A DNA stretch of 60,040 nucleotides, filler included, from Actinomycetota bacterium (lineage in GTDB: Bacteria; Actinomycetota; Acidimicrobiia; Spongiisociales; UBA4744), in the NCBI GenBank assembly GCA_013152275.1. It is 3 parts of 3 records of this genome, joined end to end, with 100 filler letters (N's around TTAATTAATTAA, not from the genome) between each part and the next. Parts side by side here need not be neighbours in the genome. Positions count along the whole stretch, not along the records: positions 1 to 25,338 come from JAADGS010000010.1; 2 more parts are not named here. One strand, 5' to 3'. This document shows positions 9,850 through 20,591 of this stretch, in pieces (positions within the stretch are counted from its first letter, which is position 1; each line of letters opens with the position of its first letter). The translations under genes and the position numbers were made by a program. Under the pieces are notes generated by a model. It was not told the origin of the DNA and searched no databases. It saw only the letters and a list, made by a program, of their open reading frames with translations.

Positions 9850-10479
9850 GTGAATCAGGTCTCAACTTCGGATAGCGTCACACTTCCGCCCACCGCGCGC
9901 GGAAGAGCGACCCGCCAGGCACTGCTCGACGCCGCCGAAGAGGTCTTCGGCGAGTTCACCTACGAGCGGGCCTCGGTCGCGGAGATCACACGGCGCGCCG
10001 GCGTCGCCCAGGGCACCTTCTACGTCTACTTCCCCGACAAGAAGGCGGCCTTCATCGAGCTGGTGAAAGAGCTGAACCACGGACTGCGCAAGGCCATCGC
10101 AATGTCGATCGAGGGCCTCACCGACCGCATCGCGATCGAACGGACGGGCTTTCGCACCTTCTACGACTACGTGTCACGCCACAACGCCCTCTACAAGATC
10201 GTGCGCGAGGCCGAGTTCGTCAGCCCCGAGATCTACCGCTGGCACTACGGGCGCCTCGCCGAAGGCTACGTCAAGGGCCTCGAGGCGGCGATCGCCGACG
10301 GCCAGCTCCGCCCGGACCTCGACGTCCACACCATCTCCTACGTGCTCATGGGCATCGCCGAATTCACCGGAGGCCAATGGGTGCTCGGCGAGGGACGGCC
10401 ACCCCCCGACGACGTATTCGAACAGATCATCGGCTTCGTCGAACGGGGCCTCGACGCCCAGAAGGGAACGACACGGTGA
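9850..10479 (+). CDS. TetR/AcrR family regulator (start approximate)
   Basis: HTH ASVAEITRRAGVAQGTFYVYFPDK. Confidence 0.93.
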   Translation: MNQVSTSDSVTLPPTARGRATRQALLDAAEEVFGEFTYERASVAEITRRAGVAQGTFYVYFPDKKAAFIELVKELNHGLRKAIAMSIEGLTDRIAIERTGFRTFYDYVSRHNALYKIVREAEFVSPEIYRWHYGRLAEGYVKGLEAAIADGQLRPDLDVHTISYVLMGIAEFTGGQWVLGEGRPPPDDVFEQIIGFVERGLDAQKGTTR

Positions 10480-11528
10480 CCAGAGACATTCGTGCGAGCA
10501 CGATCACCACCTCCAGGATCAGGACCAGGGTGCTGACATGCGGCCCCGACGGCGGGACCCCGGTGCTCTTCCTGCACGGCAACCTGTCGTCGGCGACCTG
10601 GTGGGAATCGACGATGATCTCCCTCCCGGCGGGCTACCGGGCGATCGCCGCGGACCAACGCGGGTTCGGTGACGCCGACCCCGACGCGAAGATCGACGCG
10701 ACCCGTGGCCTCGGGGACCTCGCCGAGGACACGATCGCCCTGCTCGACCAGCTCGGCATCGAGCGCGCCCACCTCGTCGGCAACTCGCTCGGCGGCGTCG
10801 TCGCATGGCGCCTCATCGCCGAGCACGCGAGCCGCTGGATCACCGTCACACAGGTCGATCCCGGCTCACCGTTCGGTTTCGGCAGCACCAAAGACGCCGA
10901 AGGGACCCCCTGCTGGGACGATTACGCGGGCTCCGGGGCCGGGCTCATCAACCCCGAGTTCGTCCGTCTCCTCGCCTCGGGCGACCGCTCCACCGACTCG
11001 ATGTTCTCCCCCCGCTCGATGCTGCGCACCGCCCTGCTCGCCGAGCCCCGGGTCCTGGATCGTGAGGACGCCATCGTCGACGCCATGCTCGCCACCCACC
11101 TCGGCGAGCACGACTATCCGGGCGACGCCGTCGAATCGCCCAACTGGCCGTTCGTCGCCCCCGGCGTGTGGGGCCCCAACAACGCCCTGTCGCCCAAGTT
11201 CACCGCGGAGGCGGCCGGCGTCGTCGCAGCCGCACCGAAACCGCCGATCCTGTGGATACGAGGCGCCGGCGACCGCATCGTCTCCGACGCGTCGATCACC
11301 GACCTGGGGACGCTCGGCCCGACCGGGGTGATCCCCAACTACCCGGGCGCCGACGTCTATCCGCCCCAGCCGATGGTGGCCCAGATCCGGCACATGCTCG
11401 ACGCCTACGCGGCGGCCGGCGGCACGTACGAGGAGGTCGTCATCGATCGGGCGGGACACATGCCGTTCCTCGAGCGGCCCGACGAGTTCAACGCCACATT
11501 TCACCCCTATCTCCAATCCCATGGGTAA
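10476..11528 (+). CDS. Alpha/beta hydrolase
   Basis: FLHGN, DQRGFG, GNSLGG nucleophile elbow, AGHMPF; GTG overlaps the TetR stop. Confidence 0.9.
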   Translation: MTRDIRASTITTSRIRTRVLTCGPDGGTPVLFLHGNLSSATWWESTMISLPAGYRAIAADQRGFGDADPDAKIDATRGLGDLAEDTIALLDQLGIERAHLVGNSLGGVVAWRLIAEHASRWITVTQVDPGSPFGFGSTKDAEGTPCWDDYAGSGAGLINPEFVRLLASGDRSTDSMFSPRSMLRTALLAEPRVLDREDAIVDAMLATHLGEHDYPGDAVESPNWPFVAPGVWGPNNALSPKFTAEAAGVVAAAPKPPILWIRGAGDRIVSDASITDLGTLGPTGVIPNYPGADVYPPQPMVAQIRHMLDAYAAAGGTYEEVVIDRAGHMPFLERPDEFNATFHPYLQSHG

Positions 11529-11588
11529 CAACGTTCAACGACACATCTCGCCCCCATCCCCAATCCAGTAGGTAATGAGGAGGAACGA

Positions 11589-12974
11589 ATGAGAATCAAC
11601 CGACTGCGGCTCCCGGCGCTGCTCATCGTGATGGCGGTCATCGCGGTGGCGTGCACGAGCGGGGCCACGACGACCACGACGCAGGCGGCAACGACCACGA
11701 CGCAGGCGGCAACGAGCACGACACAGGCCGTGACGAGCACGACACAGGCTGCGACGAGCACGACGGCCGCGCAGGCGGCGGCCGGCGGTGTCAACTGTGA
11801 CAAGCCCGTCACGGTGGGCGTGATCACCGACCAGACCGGCCCGCTGGCGATCTACGGTGCACACATCCTGCGAGGCGTGCCGATCGGATTCGAGTACGCG
11901 ACCGGCGCCGCCGGGACCGACGGCGTCTACAAGCTGGACAACTGTGAGATCCGTGTCGTCTTCAAGGACGACCAGACCAACCCCGAGATGAGCGCCACGG
12001 ACGCCCGCGAGCTCATCGAGGTCGAAGGCGCCGACATCCTCATCGGGACGGTCAGCTCCGGCGTGACCGCCACGCTGCAGGAGATCGCCCGAGAGAACGA
12101 CGTCATCCTGATCGCCGCACCGGCGGCGGCCAACGACCTGACCGGTGCCAACTTCAACCCGAACACGTTCCGCGTGTCCCGCAACAACTACCAGGACGCG
12201 ATCGCGCTCTGCCAGTACCTCACCAAGGAGTACAGCACGTTCGTGCAGATCGCCCCCGACTACTCCTTCGGGCGTGGTGGCGCCGCGGCGCTGCGTGACG
12301 CATGCACCTTCTACGGCGGGACGTTCCCGGCCGACGACGTGTTCGCTCCGGCCGACACGACCGACTTCACCCCCTACATGGAGCAGATCGCCGACGTCGA
12401 CGCCCAAGCCCTCCTCGTGACCTGGGCCGGCGGCGGGTTCGTCCCGTTGCTCCAGGCCGCCGTGGACCTCGGTGTGCTCGACAACAAGGTGCTCGTGTCA
12501 CCGTTCGTCGACAACGTCGTGCTGCCCGTGTTCTTCAAGAACGCGATCGGCTCGACCTCGACGATCCTGTACCACTACACCCTGCCGAACAACCCGATCA
12601 ACGACTACCTCGTCGATCAGGACCAGGCCCAGTTCTCGACATACCCTGATCTGTTCGACGCCGACGGGATGAACGCGGCGCTCCTCGTCGTTGCGGCACT
12701 CGAGGCCACCGGTGGGGCGGCCGACGCCGACTCGCTACGCTCCGCCATGGAAGGGTTGCAGTTCGACGGCCCCAAGGGCACGATCTTCATCCGTCCCGAG
12801 GATCACGTTGCGATCCAGGACATGTACGTCGTGACGCTCAAGAACGTCGACGATCCGGAGTTCCGCTACTTCGACTACGTGGAGACACTGCGGCCCGAGC
12901 CGCCCTGCCTGCTCGAAGGCGAGTACAAGTCCCGGTGCGGCGATCTGCCGGTGGGAAGCCTGAGCGGGAACTGA
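11589..12974 (+). CDS. Liv-type (branched-chain amino acid family) ABC substrate-binding lipoprotein
   Basis: Lipobox AVAC, Thr-rich linker, KDDQTNP, GTVSSG, PDYSFG, GPKG. Confidence 0.9.
   Translation: MRINRLRLPALLIVMAVIAVACTSGATTTTTQAATTTTQAATSTTQAVTSTTQAATSTTAAQAAAGGVNCDKPVTVGVITDQTGPLAIYGAHILRGVPIGFEYATGAAGTDGVYKLDNCEIRVVFKDDQTNPEMSATDARELIEVEGADILIGTVSSGVTATLQEIARENDVILIAAPAAANDLTGANFNPNTFRVSRNNYQDAIALCQYLTKEYSTFVQIAPDYSFGRGGAAALRDACTFYGGTFPADDVFAPADTTDFTPYMEQIADVDAQALLVTWAGGGFVPLLQAAVDLGVLDNKVLVSPFVDNVVLPVFFKNAIGSTSTILYHYTLPNNPINDYLVDQDQAQFSTYPDLFDADGMNAALLVVAALEATGGAADADSLRSAMEGLQFDGPKGTIFIRPEDHVAIQDMYVVTLKNVDDPEFRYFDYVETLRPEPPCLLEGEYKSRCGDLPVGSLSGN
11670..11765 (+). repeat. 21-bp coding tandem repeat (T[T/S]TTQA[A/V], about 4.5 units), flexible lipoprotein tether
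   Basis: ACGACCACGACGCAGGCGGCA-like units. Confidence 0.9.
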
Positions 12975-12985
12975 TCCGATACGCC

Positions 12986-13016
12986 GGGGGCGGACCGGAC
13001 GGTCCGGTCCGTCCCC
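12986..13016 (+). terminator. GC-rich hairpin after the SBP gene (mRNA stabiliser or partial terminator)
   Basis: GGGGGCGGACCGGAC / GTCCGGTCCGTCCCC inverted repeat. Confidence 0.55.
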
Positions 13017-13031
13017 CACACCTATGGAGAT

Positions 13032-13823
13032 GTGACGGTGGGTGAGGTCATTCTCGAGACGCGCGGACTTCGCAAGGAGTTCGACGCGCTCGTCGCGGTC
13101 GACGACGTGGACATTCGCATCGAAGCGGGTGCCTTCCACTCGATCATCGGTCCGAACGGGGCGGGCAAGACCACCCTGTTCAACCTGATCAGCGGCACGA
13201 TGCAACCCACCCGCGGCCAGGTGCTGTACAAAGGCAGGGACATCACCCGTCTGCACGCCCACCGGGCCATCCACCTGGGGATCGGCCGCTCGTTCCAGAT
13301 CACCAACCTGTTCCCCAACCTCACCGTCCTGGAGAACGTGCGCCTCGCCGCCCAGGCGATGGGCCACGACAACTTTCGAATCCTGCGCTCCCACCGCAAG
13401 TTCACCTCCTATCTGGATCGTGCCGCCGAGGTGCTCGACCTGGTGGAGCTCGCCGACCGGGCGGCGTTCCCCGCACGCGCCCTGCCCCACGGCGACCAGC
13501 GGAAGCTCGAACTCGGCATGATCCTCGCCCCGAACCCGGAGGTGCTCATGCTCGACGAGCCCACCGCGGGGATGGCCGCCGAGCAGGTCCCCGGGCTGAT
13601 GCGCCTCATCGCCTCCATCCAGGAGGCCGGCGACAAGACGGTCGTGCTCGTCGAACACAACATGAATGTGGTCATGAGCGCCTCGGATCGCATCACGGTG
13701 ATGCATCACGGTTCGGTCCTCACCGAGGGGTCCCCCGAAGAGGTCGCCGCCGACGAGAACGTCCAGACCGCCTACCTGGGCAGCCTCTTCGGTGGCGGCA
13801 TGCCGGAAGGCACGACGCCATGA
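13032..13823 (+). CDS. Liv-type ABC ATP-binding protein (LivG-like)
   Basis: GPNGAGKTT, RSFQITNLF, LDEPTAG, VEHNM. Confidence 0.95.
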   Translation: MTVGEVILETRGLRKEFDALVAVDDVDIRIEAGAFHSIIGPNGAGKTTLFNLISGTMQPTRGQVLYKGRDITRLHAHRAIHLGIGRSFQITNLFPNLTVLENVRLAAQAMGHDNFRILRSHRKFTSYLDRAAEVLDLVELADRAAFPARALPHGDQRKLELGMILAPNPEVLMLDEPTAGMAAEQVPGLMRLIASIQEAGDKTVVLVEHNMNVVMSASDRITVMHHGSVLTEGSPEEVAADENVQTAYLGSLFGGGMPEGTTP

Positions 13824-14521
13824 ACCTGCTCGAGCTCCGTGACGTCGACACGTTCATCGGCCAATACCACATCCTCGAAGGCGTCTCCCTGGACGTCCCC
13901 GAAGGGTCCATCGTCGCGCTGCTGGGACGCAACGGCGCCGGCAAGACCACCACGCTGCGCACGATCATGGGACTCACTCCGGCCTCGTCCGGTTCGGTGC
14001 GTTTCGCCGGCGAGGACATCACCGCGCGTCCCGCCTACGAGATCGGGACGCTCGGGATCGGCTACGTGCCCGAGCATCGGGCGATCTTCTCCGATCTGAC
14101 CGTCGAGGAGAACCTGCGTCTCGCAGAACGTCGAAAAGGCGACCTGGCCCGCAAGGCCGACCTCATCTTCTCGCTGTTCCCCGACCTGGAGCGCCTCGCA
14201 CGACACTCCGGCACGAAACTGTCGGGCGGGCAGCAGCAGATGCTCGCCGTCGCGAGGGCGCTGGTTCCCGACAACCGCCTCCTGCTCATCGACGAGCCGA
14301 GTGAAGGCCTCGCCCCCGTCCTCGTCGAACAGATGGTCGAGGCGATCCGGGCGCTCTCGGACCACACGACGGTGCTGCTCGTCGAACAGAACTTCGCGGT
14401 GGCGAGCTACGTCGCCGAGCACTACGTGATCGTCGAGGAGGGCACCAGCGTCCTTTCGGGCGCCATCGCCGACCTCGTCACCGACAAGGAAACGATCACC
14501 CGCTACCTGGGGGTCGCATGA
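13820..14521 (+). CDS. Liv-type ABC ATP-binding protein (LivF-like)
   Basis: GRNGAGKTT, LSGGQQQML, DEPSEGLAP, VEQN. Confidence 0.95.
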   Translation: MNLLELRDVDTFIGQYHILEGVSLDVPEGSIVALLGRNGAGKTTTLRTIMGLTPASSGSVRFAGEDITARPAYEIGTLGIGYVPEHRAIFSDLTVEENLRLAERRKGDLARKADLIFSLFPDLERLARHSGTKLSGGQQQMLAVARALVPDNRLLLIDEPSEGLAPVLVEQMVEAIRALSDHTTVLLVEQNFAVASYVAEHYVIVEEGTSVLSGAIADLVTDKETITRYLGVA

Positions 14522-16086
14522 CCGCCCCGACAGCGTCGTCCAGGCGAGCCGTCTGGTTCCACCGCAACCGGACACGCATCACCGTGCTCGCCGTGCTCGG
14601 ATTCCTGTTCCTCGCCGCGCTCGGAGGCCTGGACCGTGAAGACTGGCTGATCACGATCCTGCGGGGTCTCGCCGTCGGGGCGATCACCTTCCTCGTCGCG
14701 TCGGGACTGTCACTGATCTTCGGACTGATGGACGTCCTGAACCTGGCCCACGGCGAGATCTTCATGCTCGGCGCCTACCTCGGATGGACCGTCTACACAC
14801 GCCCCGACACGGTCGTCGACGTGTTCGTCCCGATGCTCCTGCTCGGAGCGCCGCTGGTGTTGATGCCGTGGCTGCGTCGCGGCGCCGCACGACTGCGCGG
14901 CGGCGGGAGACGTAAGGCGCTCGCCGTGGGGCTGCTCGTCGCCGGTGCAGCCGGGACGGTGGCCGCGGTCGCCCGCTTCCCGCTGGCGATCTGGAACCCC
15001 GGCGTGTACACGCAGAGCCCGATCACCTACTCGCTGGCGATCGACATGGGGACCCTCGCGCCGCTGCCCAGAGGCTCGTTCGCCGGGTCGCCGCTCCTGG
15101 TCGTCGTCGGCCTGCTCGTCGCCGTCGTCGTGTTCGCCGTCGCCCTCCAGGCCCTGGCCGGCAGGCCGGGCGGGACGGCGCGCGTCTCGCCCCGACGTCT
15201 CACCGTCTCGCTCGCGATGGCCGGCGCCGCCGTCGCGCTGCTCGTGGCGCGCGACCCGGTCGTCGGATGGCTGTTCACCCTGAGTACGACCACACGGTTC
15301 CTCCTCGCGATCGTCGTGGCGGTGCTGCTCGGCGGCGGCCTCGGCGCGATCATCGAGGTGACCCTGATCCGCCCCCTGTACGAGCGTCCCATCTATCAGC
15401 TCATGGTGACTCTCGGGCTGGGGTTCGTCCTCATCGAACTGGTCCGCTCCGTGTGGGGACGGCCCGAGTTCACGATGGCGAAACCCGCCGCGTTCGCCGG
15501 GACCGGCGCCGGTTGTCCCGCCGAAGGGTTCCGAGGGCTGTTCAGCGGCTGTTCGACGGTCAAGATGTTCGGGGGGAGGGTGCGGACCTACAACGAGGCG
15601 TTCGTGATCGCGGTCGGGGTCCTCGTGCTCGTCACCGTCGCGCTGATCCTGAAGCGGACCCGCATCGGCATGATCATCAGGGCCGGTGTGCAGGACCGCG
15701 AAATGGTCGAGGCGCTCGGCATCAACGTGCGGCGCGTCTTCACGCTCGTGTTCGCGATCGGGACCGGTCTCGCCGCCCTCGGCGGTGTCATCGCAGCCCC
15801 TTCGATGGGACTGTCACCGCAGATGGGCGGCACCCTGCTGCTGCTGGCACTCATCGCGCTCGCGATCGGCGGGCTGACGAGCTTCCCCGGCGCGGCGGCG
15901 GGAGCCGTGCTCGTCGGGCTCGTCCAACAGTTCATCATCCGCTACGGACAGATCGGCATCGACCTTCCGTTCCTCGCCGAGCCGTTCAAACCGTCTCCGC
16001 CGCTCGTGCCAGCGTCGACGGTGCTGCTCATGGTCGTGATCCTGCTGCTGCTGCCCAACGGCCTGTTCGGAAAGAGCTCACGATGA
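14518..16086 (+). CDS. Liv-type ABC permease (LivH-like) with a large internal membrane insertion
   Basis: GLSLIFGLMDVLNLAHGE, GMIIRAG..DREMVEALGIN; 522 aa. Confidence 0.9.
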   Translation: MTAPTASSRRAVWFHRNRTRITVLAVLGFLFLAALGGLDREDWLITILRGLAVGAITFLVASGLSLIFGLMDVLNLAHGEIFMLGAYLGWTVYTRPDTVVDVFVPMLLLGAPLVLMPWLRRGAARLRGGGRRKALAVGLLVAGAAGTVAAVARFPLAIWNPGVYTQSPITYSLAIDMGTLAPLPRGSFAGSPLLVVVGLLVAVVVFAVALQALAGRPGGTARVSPRRLTVSLAMAGAAVALLVARDPVVGWLFTLSTTTRFLLAIVVAVLLGGGLGAIIEVTLIRPLYERPIYQLMVTLGLGFVLIELVRSVWGRPEFTMAKPAAFAGTGAGCPAEGFRGLFSGCSTVKMFGGRVRTYNEAFVIAVGVLVLVTVALILKRTRIGMIIRAGVQDREMVEALGINVRRVFTLVFAIGTGLAALGGVIAAPSMGLSPQMGGTLLLLALIALAIGGLTSFPGAAAGAVLVGLVQQFIIRYGQIGIDLPFLAEPFKPSPPLVPASTVLLMVVILLLLPNGLFGKSSR

Positions 16087-17153
16087 TCGCGACCCTGCTC
16101 AGACGCCGCCGGTGGCTGATCGTCGTGACGCTCGCCGCGGTCGTGTTCCCGTTCGTCGTGTCGATCCTCGTCGACGGTGCCGGCCCCGGCGCGGTGCTCA
16201 GCAACCAGGACGGCAACGCCAAGTTCCTCGAAGGTCTCGCCATCGAGATCTTCATCCTCGCCCTGTACGCGATCAGCTACGACCTCGTCCTCGGCGTCGC
16301 CGGGCTGCTGTCGTTCGGGCACGCCATGTTCTTCGCCGTCGGCGCCTACACGATCGGGATCATGCTGCGCAGCTTCGACATGGCGTTCCTGCCCGCACTC
16401 GGCGTCGTGCTGATCGCGGCGATCCTGCAGGCCGTCCTGTTCGCCATCGTGCTGCCGCGCGTCAAGGGGATCACGTTCGCGCTCGTCACCCTCGGCCTCG
16501 CGTCCGCGTTCGCGATCATCATCCAGTCGACCGAACTGGCCGACTACGCCGGCGCCGAGATCGGTCTTCAGGGGGTCATCTCGCCCGCCTGGCTCGACAC
16601 GACCACCGAGCGGTTCCGTTTCTACCTCGTCGCCCTCACGATCCTGGTGATCGTCTACGTCGTCTACACGCGCCTCGTCGACTCGCCGACCGGAAAGGTT
16701 CTCGCCGGGATCCGCGAGAACGAGGACCGCGCCTCGATGCTGGGGTACAACACGTTCTGGTTCAAGCTGACCGCCCTGCTCGTGGCGTCCATAACCGCGG
16801 CGTTCGCCGGTGTGCTGCACACGCTGCACCAGCCGATCGTCACCCCCAACATCGCCGGTCTCGGCTGGACGGTCACCGCCCTGCTGGTCATCCTCATCGG
16901 CGGGGTCGGGACGGTGAGCGGAGCGGTCGTCGGCGCCGTCGTGTTCCGCCTCCTGCAGTTCTACCTCGACCGCTGGTTCGGCGGCGCCTCCAACATCCTG
17001 ATCGGGCTCGCCTACATCGCGCTGGTTCTCTACCTGCCGTTCGGAATCGTCGGAACGTGGCGGGCGAGATCGCTCCAGATCGCCGCCGGACGCAGGAGAC
17101 TCCTGTCGCGGCTCACCGGCAGGCACCCCGCCGCCGGGGGAGGGGGGTCCTGA
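16083..17153 (+). CDS. Liv-type ABC permease (LivM-like)
   Basis: GLLSFGHAMFFAVGAY, IRENEDRASMLGY; ATG 16083 overlaps the upstream stop. Confidence 0.92.
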   Translation: MIATLLRRRRWLIVVTLAAVVFPFVVSILVDGAGPGAVLSNQDGNAKFLEGLAIEIFILALYAISYDLVLGVAGLLSFGHAMFFAVGAYTIGIMLRSFDMAFLPALGVVLIAAILQAVLFAIVLPRVKGITFALVTLGLASAFAIIIQSTELADYAGAEIGLQGVISPAWLDTTTERFRFYLVALTILVIVYVVYTRLVDSPTGKVLAGIRENEDRASMLGYNTFWFKLTALLVASITAAFAGVLHTLHQPIVTPNIAGLGWTVTALLVILIGGVGTVSGAVVGAVVFRLLQFYLDRWFGGASNILIGLAYIALVLYLPFGIVGTWRARSLQIAAGRRRLLSRLTGRHPAAGGGGS

Positions 17154-18673
17154 TGCCCCTCGACACGCTGCTCGCGCGCCATGCCCGCTACTACCCGGAC
17201 AAGACGGCGGTCGTCTTCGGGGGCCACCGTCTCACGTTCAGGGAGTTCGACGTTCGGGTCAACCGTCTCGCCAACGCCCTGGGCGGGCTCGGGATCGCCA
17301 AAGGCGACAAGGTCGCGACCGTCCTCGACAACTCCCTGGAGCTGCTCGAGGTCTACCAGGCGGCCGCCAAGACAGGCATCGTGGTGGTCCCGCTCAGCCC
17401 GCTGCTGCGCGCCGGCGGCCTCTCGAACCAGATCGTCGACTCCGACGCCGTCGCGGTGATCACCCAGAGATCGATGGTGCCCCACGTCGACGCGGTACGT
17501 GACCGGCTCGGCGGCGTCGACCGGTTCATCCTCACCGACGCGACCGGTGTGCCCGGCTACGGCTCCTATCGAGAGCTCGTCGCGCACGCATCGGACGGNN
17601 NNNNNNNNNNNNNNACCCCCGACGACCCGTACAACATCATCTACTCGTCGGGAACGACGGGCCTGCCGAAGGGGATCGTGCACACGCACGCGATCCGCGA
17701 GGCGTACTGCACCGGGTTCGCGTCCTCATACCGGATTCACCCGGAGAGCGTCATCCTGCACGCCGGGTCCCTCGTGTTCAACGGGGCGTTCCTCACCCTC
17801 ATGCCCGCCTTCTACCTGGGCTGCACCTACGTGCTGCACCGCTCCTTCGACGCACGGGCGATGATCGACGCCATCGCCGCCGAAGCGGTGACGCACATCA
17901 TGACCGTGCCGTCCCAGCTCATCGACCTGCTCGCCCACGACGACTTCGACGAGGCGCACCTCGGGTCGCTGGAGATGATCTGCTCGGTCGGCGCGCCGTT
18001 GCACCTGGAACACAAACGTGAGATCGCCCGCCGGTTCCCCGCACGCTTCTACGAGCTGTACGGGCTCACCGAAGGGTTCATGACGATCCTCGATCGTGAC
18101 GACTTCGCCCGCAAACCCGACTCGGTCGGTGTGCCGCCACCGCTGTACGAGATGCGCATCGTCGGCGACGACGGGCTCGACGTGGCCGCCGGTGAGGTCG
18201 GCGAGATCGTCGGGCGGGGACCGACCACCATGCCCGGCTACTACCGGCGGCCCGATCTGACCGCCGACGCGATCCGCGACGGATGGCTCTATTCGGGCGA
18301 TCTCGGCTACGTCGACGACGACGGGTTCCTGTACCTCGTCGACCGCAAGAAGGACCTGATCATCTCCGGAGGCGTGAACGTCTACCCGAGGGACATCGAG
18401 GAGATCGTCGTCACCCATCCCGACGTCGCCGACGTCGCCGTGTTCGGCGTCCCCCACGAACGGTGGGGCGAGACGCCGGTCGCCGCAGTCGTCCTGCACG
18501 CCGGCGCGACGTCGTCACGCGAAACGATCATCGCCTGGGTGAACGAGCGGGTCTCGGCCCGCTTCCAGAAGATCGGCGACGTTACGATCCTCGACGCGTT
18601 CCCCCGCAGCGTCGCCGGCAAGACGCTGCGACGGGTCATCAAAGAGTCCTACACGGAAAGGGAGGTCACGTGA
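17153..18673 (+). CDS. Acyl-CoA synthetase (AMP-binding); small N gap at 17599-17614
   Basis: [33 protein letters not shown]. Confidence 0.93.
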   Translation: MPLDTLLARHARYYPDKTAVVFGGHRLTFREFDVRVNRLANALGGLGIAKGDKVATVLDNSLELLEVYQAAAKTGIVVVPLSPLLRAGGLSNQIVDSDAVAVITQRSMVPHVDAVRDRLGGVDRFILTDATGVPGYGSYRELVAHASDXXXXXXTPDDPYNIIYSSGTTGLPKGIVHTHAIREAYCTGFASSYRIHPESVILHAGSLVFNGAFLTLMPAFYLGCTYVLHRSFDARAMIDAIAAEAVTHIMTVPSQLIDLLAHDDFDEAHLGSLEMICSVGAPLHLEHKREIARRFPARFYELYGLTEGFMTILDRDDFARKPDSVGVPPPLYEMRIVGDDGLDVAAGEVGEIVGRGPTTMPGYYRRPDLTADAIRDGWLYSGDLGYVDDDGFLYLVDRKKDLIISGGVNVYPRDIEEIVVTHPDVADVAVFGVPHERWGETPVAAVVLHAGATSSRETIIAWVNERVSARFQKIGDVTILDAFPRSVAGKTLRRVIKESYTEREVT

Positions 18674-19521
18674 ACGACCGAGATGTCGACACGAACGGGA
18701 TCCGGCTGCACTACCTCGAGTACGGCACGTCCGGGCCGACGCTGCTCCTGATGCCGGGTCTGACCGCCAACGCCCACTCGTTCGACGGGCTCATCGCCGC
18801 AGGTCTCGCCGAGCGGATGCGCGTCCTCGCCCTGGACCTGCGCGGCCGCGGCCTGAGCGACAAGCCCGACGGTGGCTACCGGATGAGCGATCACGCGGCC
18901 GACGTGCTCGGGCTCATGGATGCTCTCGACCTCGACCGGGTCGTGCTCGGCGGGCACTCCTTCGGGGGTCTGCTCACCTACCACATCGCCGCGTCGCATC
19001 CGGACCGGGTCGAGTCGTGTGTCGTGATCGACGCGCCCGCCGAGGTGGACGAGACGATCCTCGATCAGATCAAGCCGTCGCTGGACCGCCTCGACATGGT
19101 GCTGCCGTCCCGGGACGCCTACCTGGAGATGGTCAAGGCGATGCCGTACTTCGACGGCTGGTGGGATCCGGCCATCGATGGCTACGTTCGCGCCGACGTG
19201 CGGGAACAGGACGACGGGACGGTGCGGGCCCGCTCGCGTCCCGAGCACATCCGCGCCGCCGTCGAGGGCACCCTCGAGATCGACTGGCCCGAGGTGGTCG
19301 CCTCGATCGAACGGCCACTGCTGTTCCTGCGGGCGCCGGACCCGTTCGGGCCGCCCGGCTCCCCACCCCTCGTGGCCGAAGCGAAGGCACACGCCACGAT
19401 GGCCCTGCTTCGCGACGGGCGCCTCGTGGAGATCCCCGGCAATCACATGACGTGCCTGTTCGGGTCGTCGGCGGTGAAGGCGGTCGAGGCCATCGAGGCG
19501 TTCGTGTTGGAGGACCGATGA
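18670..19521 (+). CDS. Alpha/beta hydrolase
   Basis: [26 protein letters not shown]. Confidence 0.9.
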   Translation: MNDRDVDTNGIRLHYLEYGTSGPTLLLMPGLTANAHSFDGLIAAGLAERMRVLALDLRGRGLSDKPDGGYRMSDHAADVLGLMDALDLDRVVLGGHSFGGLLTYHIAASHPDRVESCVVIDAPAEVDETILDQIKPSLDRLDMVLPSRDAYLEMVKAMPYFDGWWDPAIDGYVRADVREQDDGTVRARSRPEHIRAAVEGTLEIDWPEVVASIERPLLFLRAPDPFGPPGSPPLVAEAKAHATMALLRDGRLVEIPGNHMTCLFGSSAVKAVEAIEAFVLEDR

Positions 19522-20516
19522 AACGGGTCGACCTGCTCGATGTCGGAACGTGGATGCCGCAACGCTGGATGTCCGCCGCGCAGATCGGCGCCGCGGCCGG
19601 TATCGACGAGGAGGTGATCGTCGAACGTTTCGGCCTGGACGGCAAGCACATCGCCGGACCGGACGACCACGTCTCCACGATGAGTGCCGGTGCCGGCGCC
19701 GTGGCGCTGCAACGCGCAGGCGTCGAACCGGACGAGGTCGACGTGGTCGCCTACTTCGGGTCGATGTGGAAGGACTACCTCGTCTGGTCGGCGTCACCGA
19801 AGATCGCCGACCTCGTCGGGGCGCACAACGCGTGGGCACTCGAGATGGGCAACGTGTCGTGCGGGACGCCGGTCGCACTCAAGGCGGTGGGGGACATGCT
19901 GCGGGGCTCGGACGACGTCGAAACGGTCCTGCTGGTCGGTGCGAGCCGAGAGTCGCATCTGCTCGACTACACGAACCGCCGGTCACGCTTCATGTTCAAC
20001 TTCGGTGACGGTGCCGCGGCGGCGGTGCTGTCGACCCGGCGTCGCGGTCACGAGATCGTCGCGTCGGCGGTCATCACCGACGGGCGGTTCGCCGACGACG
20101 TCGCGGTGTACGCCGGCGGCAGCCGCAACCCGGCCTCGCTGGAGACGGTGCGGGAGCGCCGTCACTGCCTCGACGTTCGCGATCCCGCGTCGATGAAGGA
20201 GCGGCTCGACCCGGTGTCGGGAGCGAACTTCGTCGGTGTGGCGCGCCGCGCCTGCGAGCGTGCAGGGATCAGCCCGGCGGATCTGGCGCTGCTGGCGCCG
20301 CTGCACTTCAAACGTTCCCTGTTCGAGTGGACGATCTCCGAGCTTGGCGTGCCCGAGGAGAAGACGGTGTATCTGCGCCGTCACGGGCACATGTCGGGCA
20401 TCGATCCGCTGGTCGGTCTGGACGAGAAGAGAGACGAGCTCGAAGCCGGCGACTGGGTGCTGTTGCTGTCGGCGGGCACCGGGTACACGTGGGCTGCGAC
20501 GGTGGTGAGGTGGTGA
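19518..20516 (+). CDS. 3-oxoacyl-ACP synthase III-like (FabH-like) condensing enzyme, Cys-His-His variant
   Basis: NVSCG, FGDGAAA, LHFK, HGHM, AGTGYTWAA. Confidence 0.88.
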   Translation: MKRVDLLDVGTWMPQRWMSAAQIGAAAGIDEEVIVERFGLDGKHIAGPDDHVSTMSAGAGAVALQRAGVEPDEVDVVAYFGSMWKDYLVWSASPKIADLVGAHNAWALEMGNVSCGTPVALKAVGDMLRGSDDVETVLLVGASRESHLLDYTNRRSRFMFNFGDGAAAAVLSTRRRGHEIVASAVITDGRFADDVAVYAGGSRNPASLETVRERRHCLDVRDPASMKERLDPVSGANFVGVARRACERAGISPADLALLAPLHFKRSLFEWTISELGVPEEKTVYLRRHGHMSGIDPLVGLDEKRDELEAGDWVLLLSAGTGYTWAATVVRW

Positions 20517-20591
20517 GGTGAGTGTGGAGGCGTTTGATCGGGTCGGTGCGGGTGTGCTTGGTGGTGGCAGGTGGTGTTGGGAGGTGGCGAG

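Noticed and set aside
17599..17614. Possible disruption of the acyl-CoA ligase
   Set aside because: Assembly gap; the frame and motifs continue on both sides
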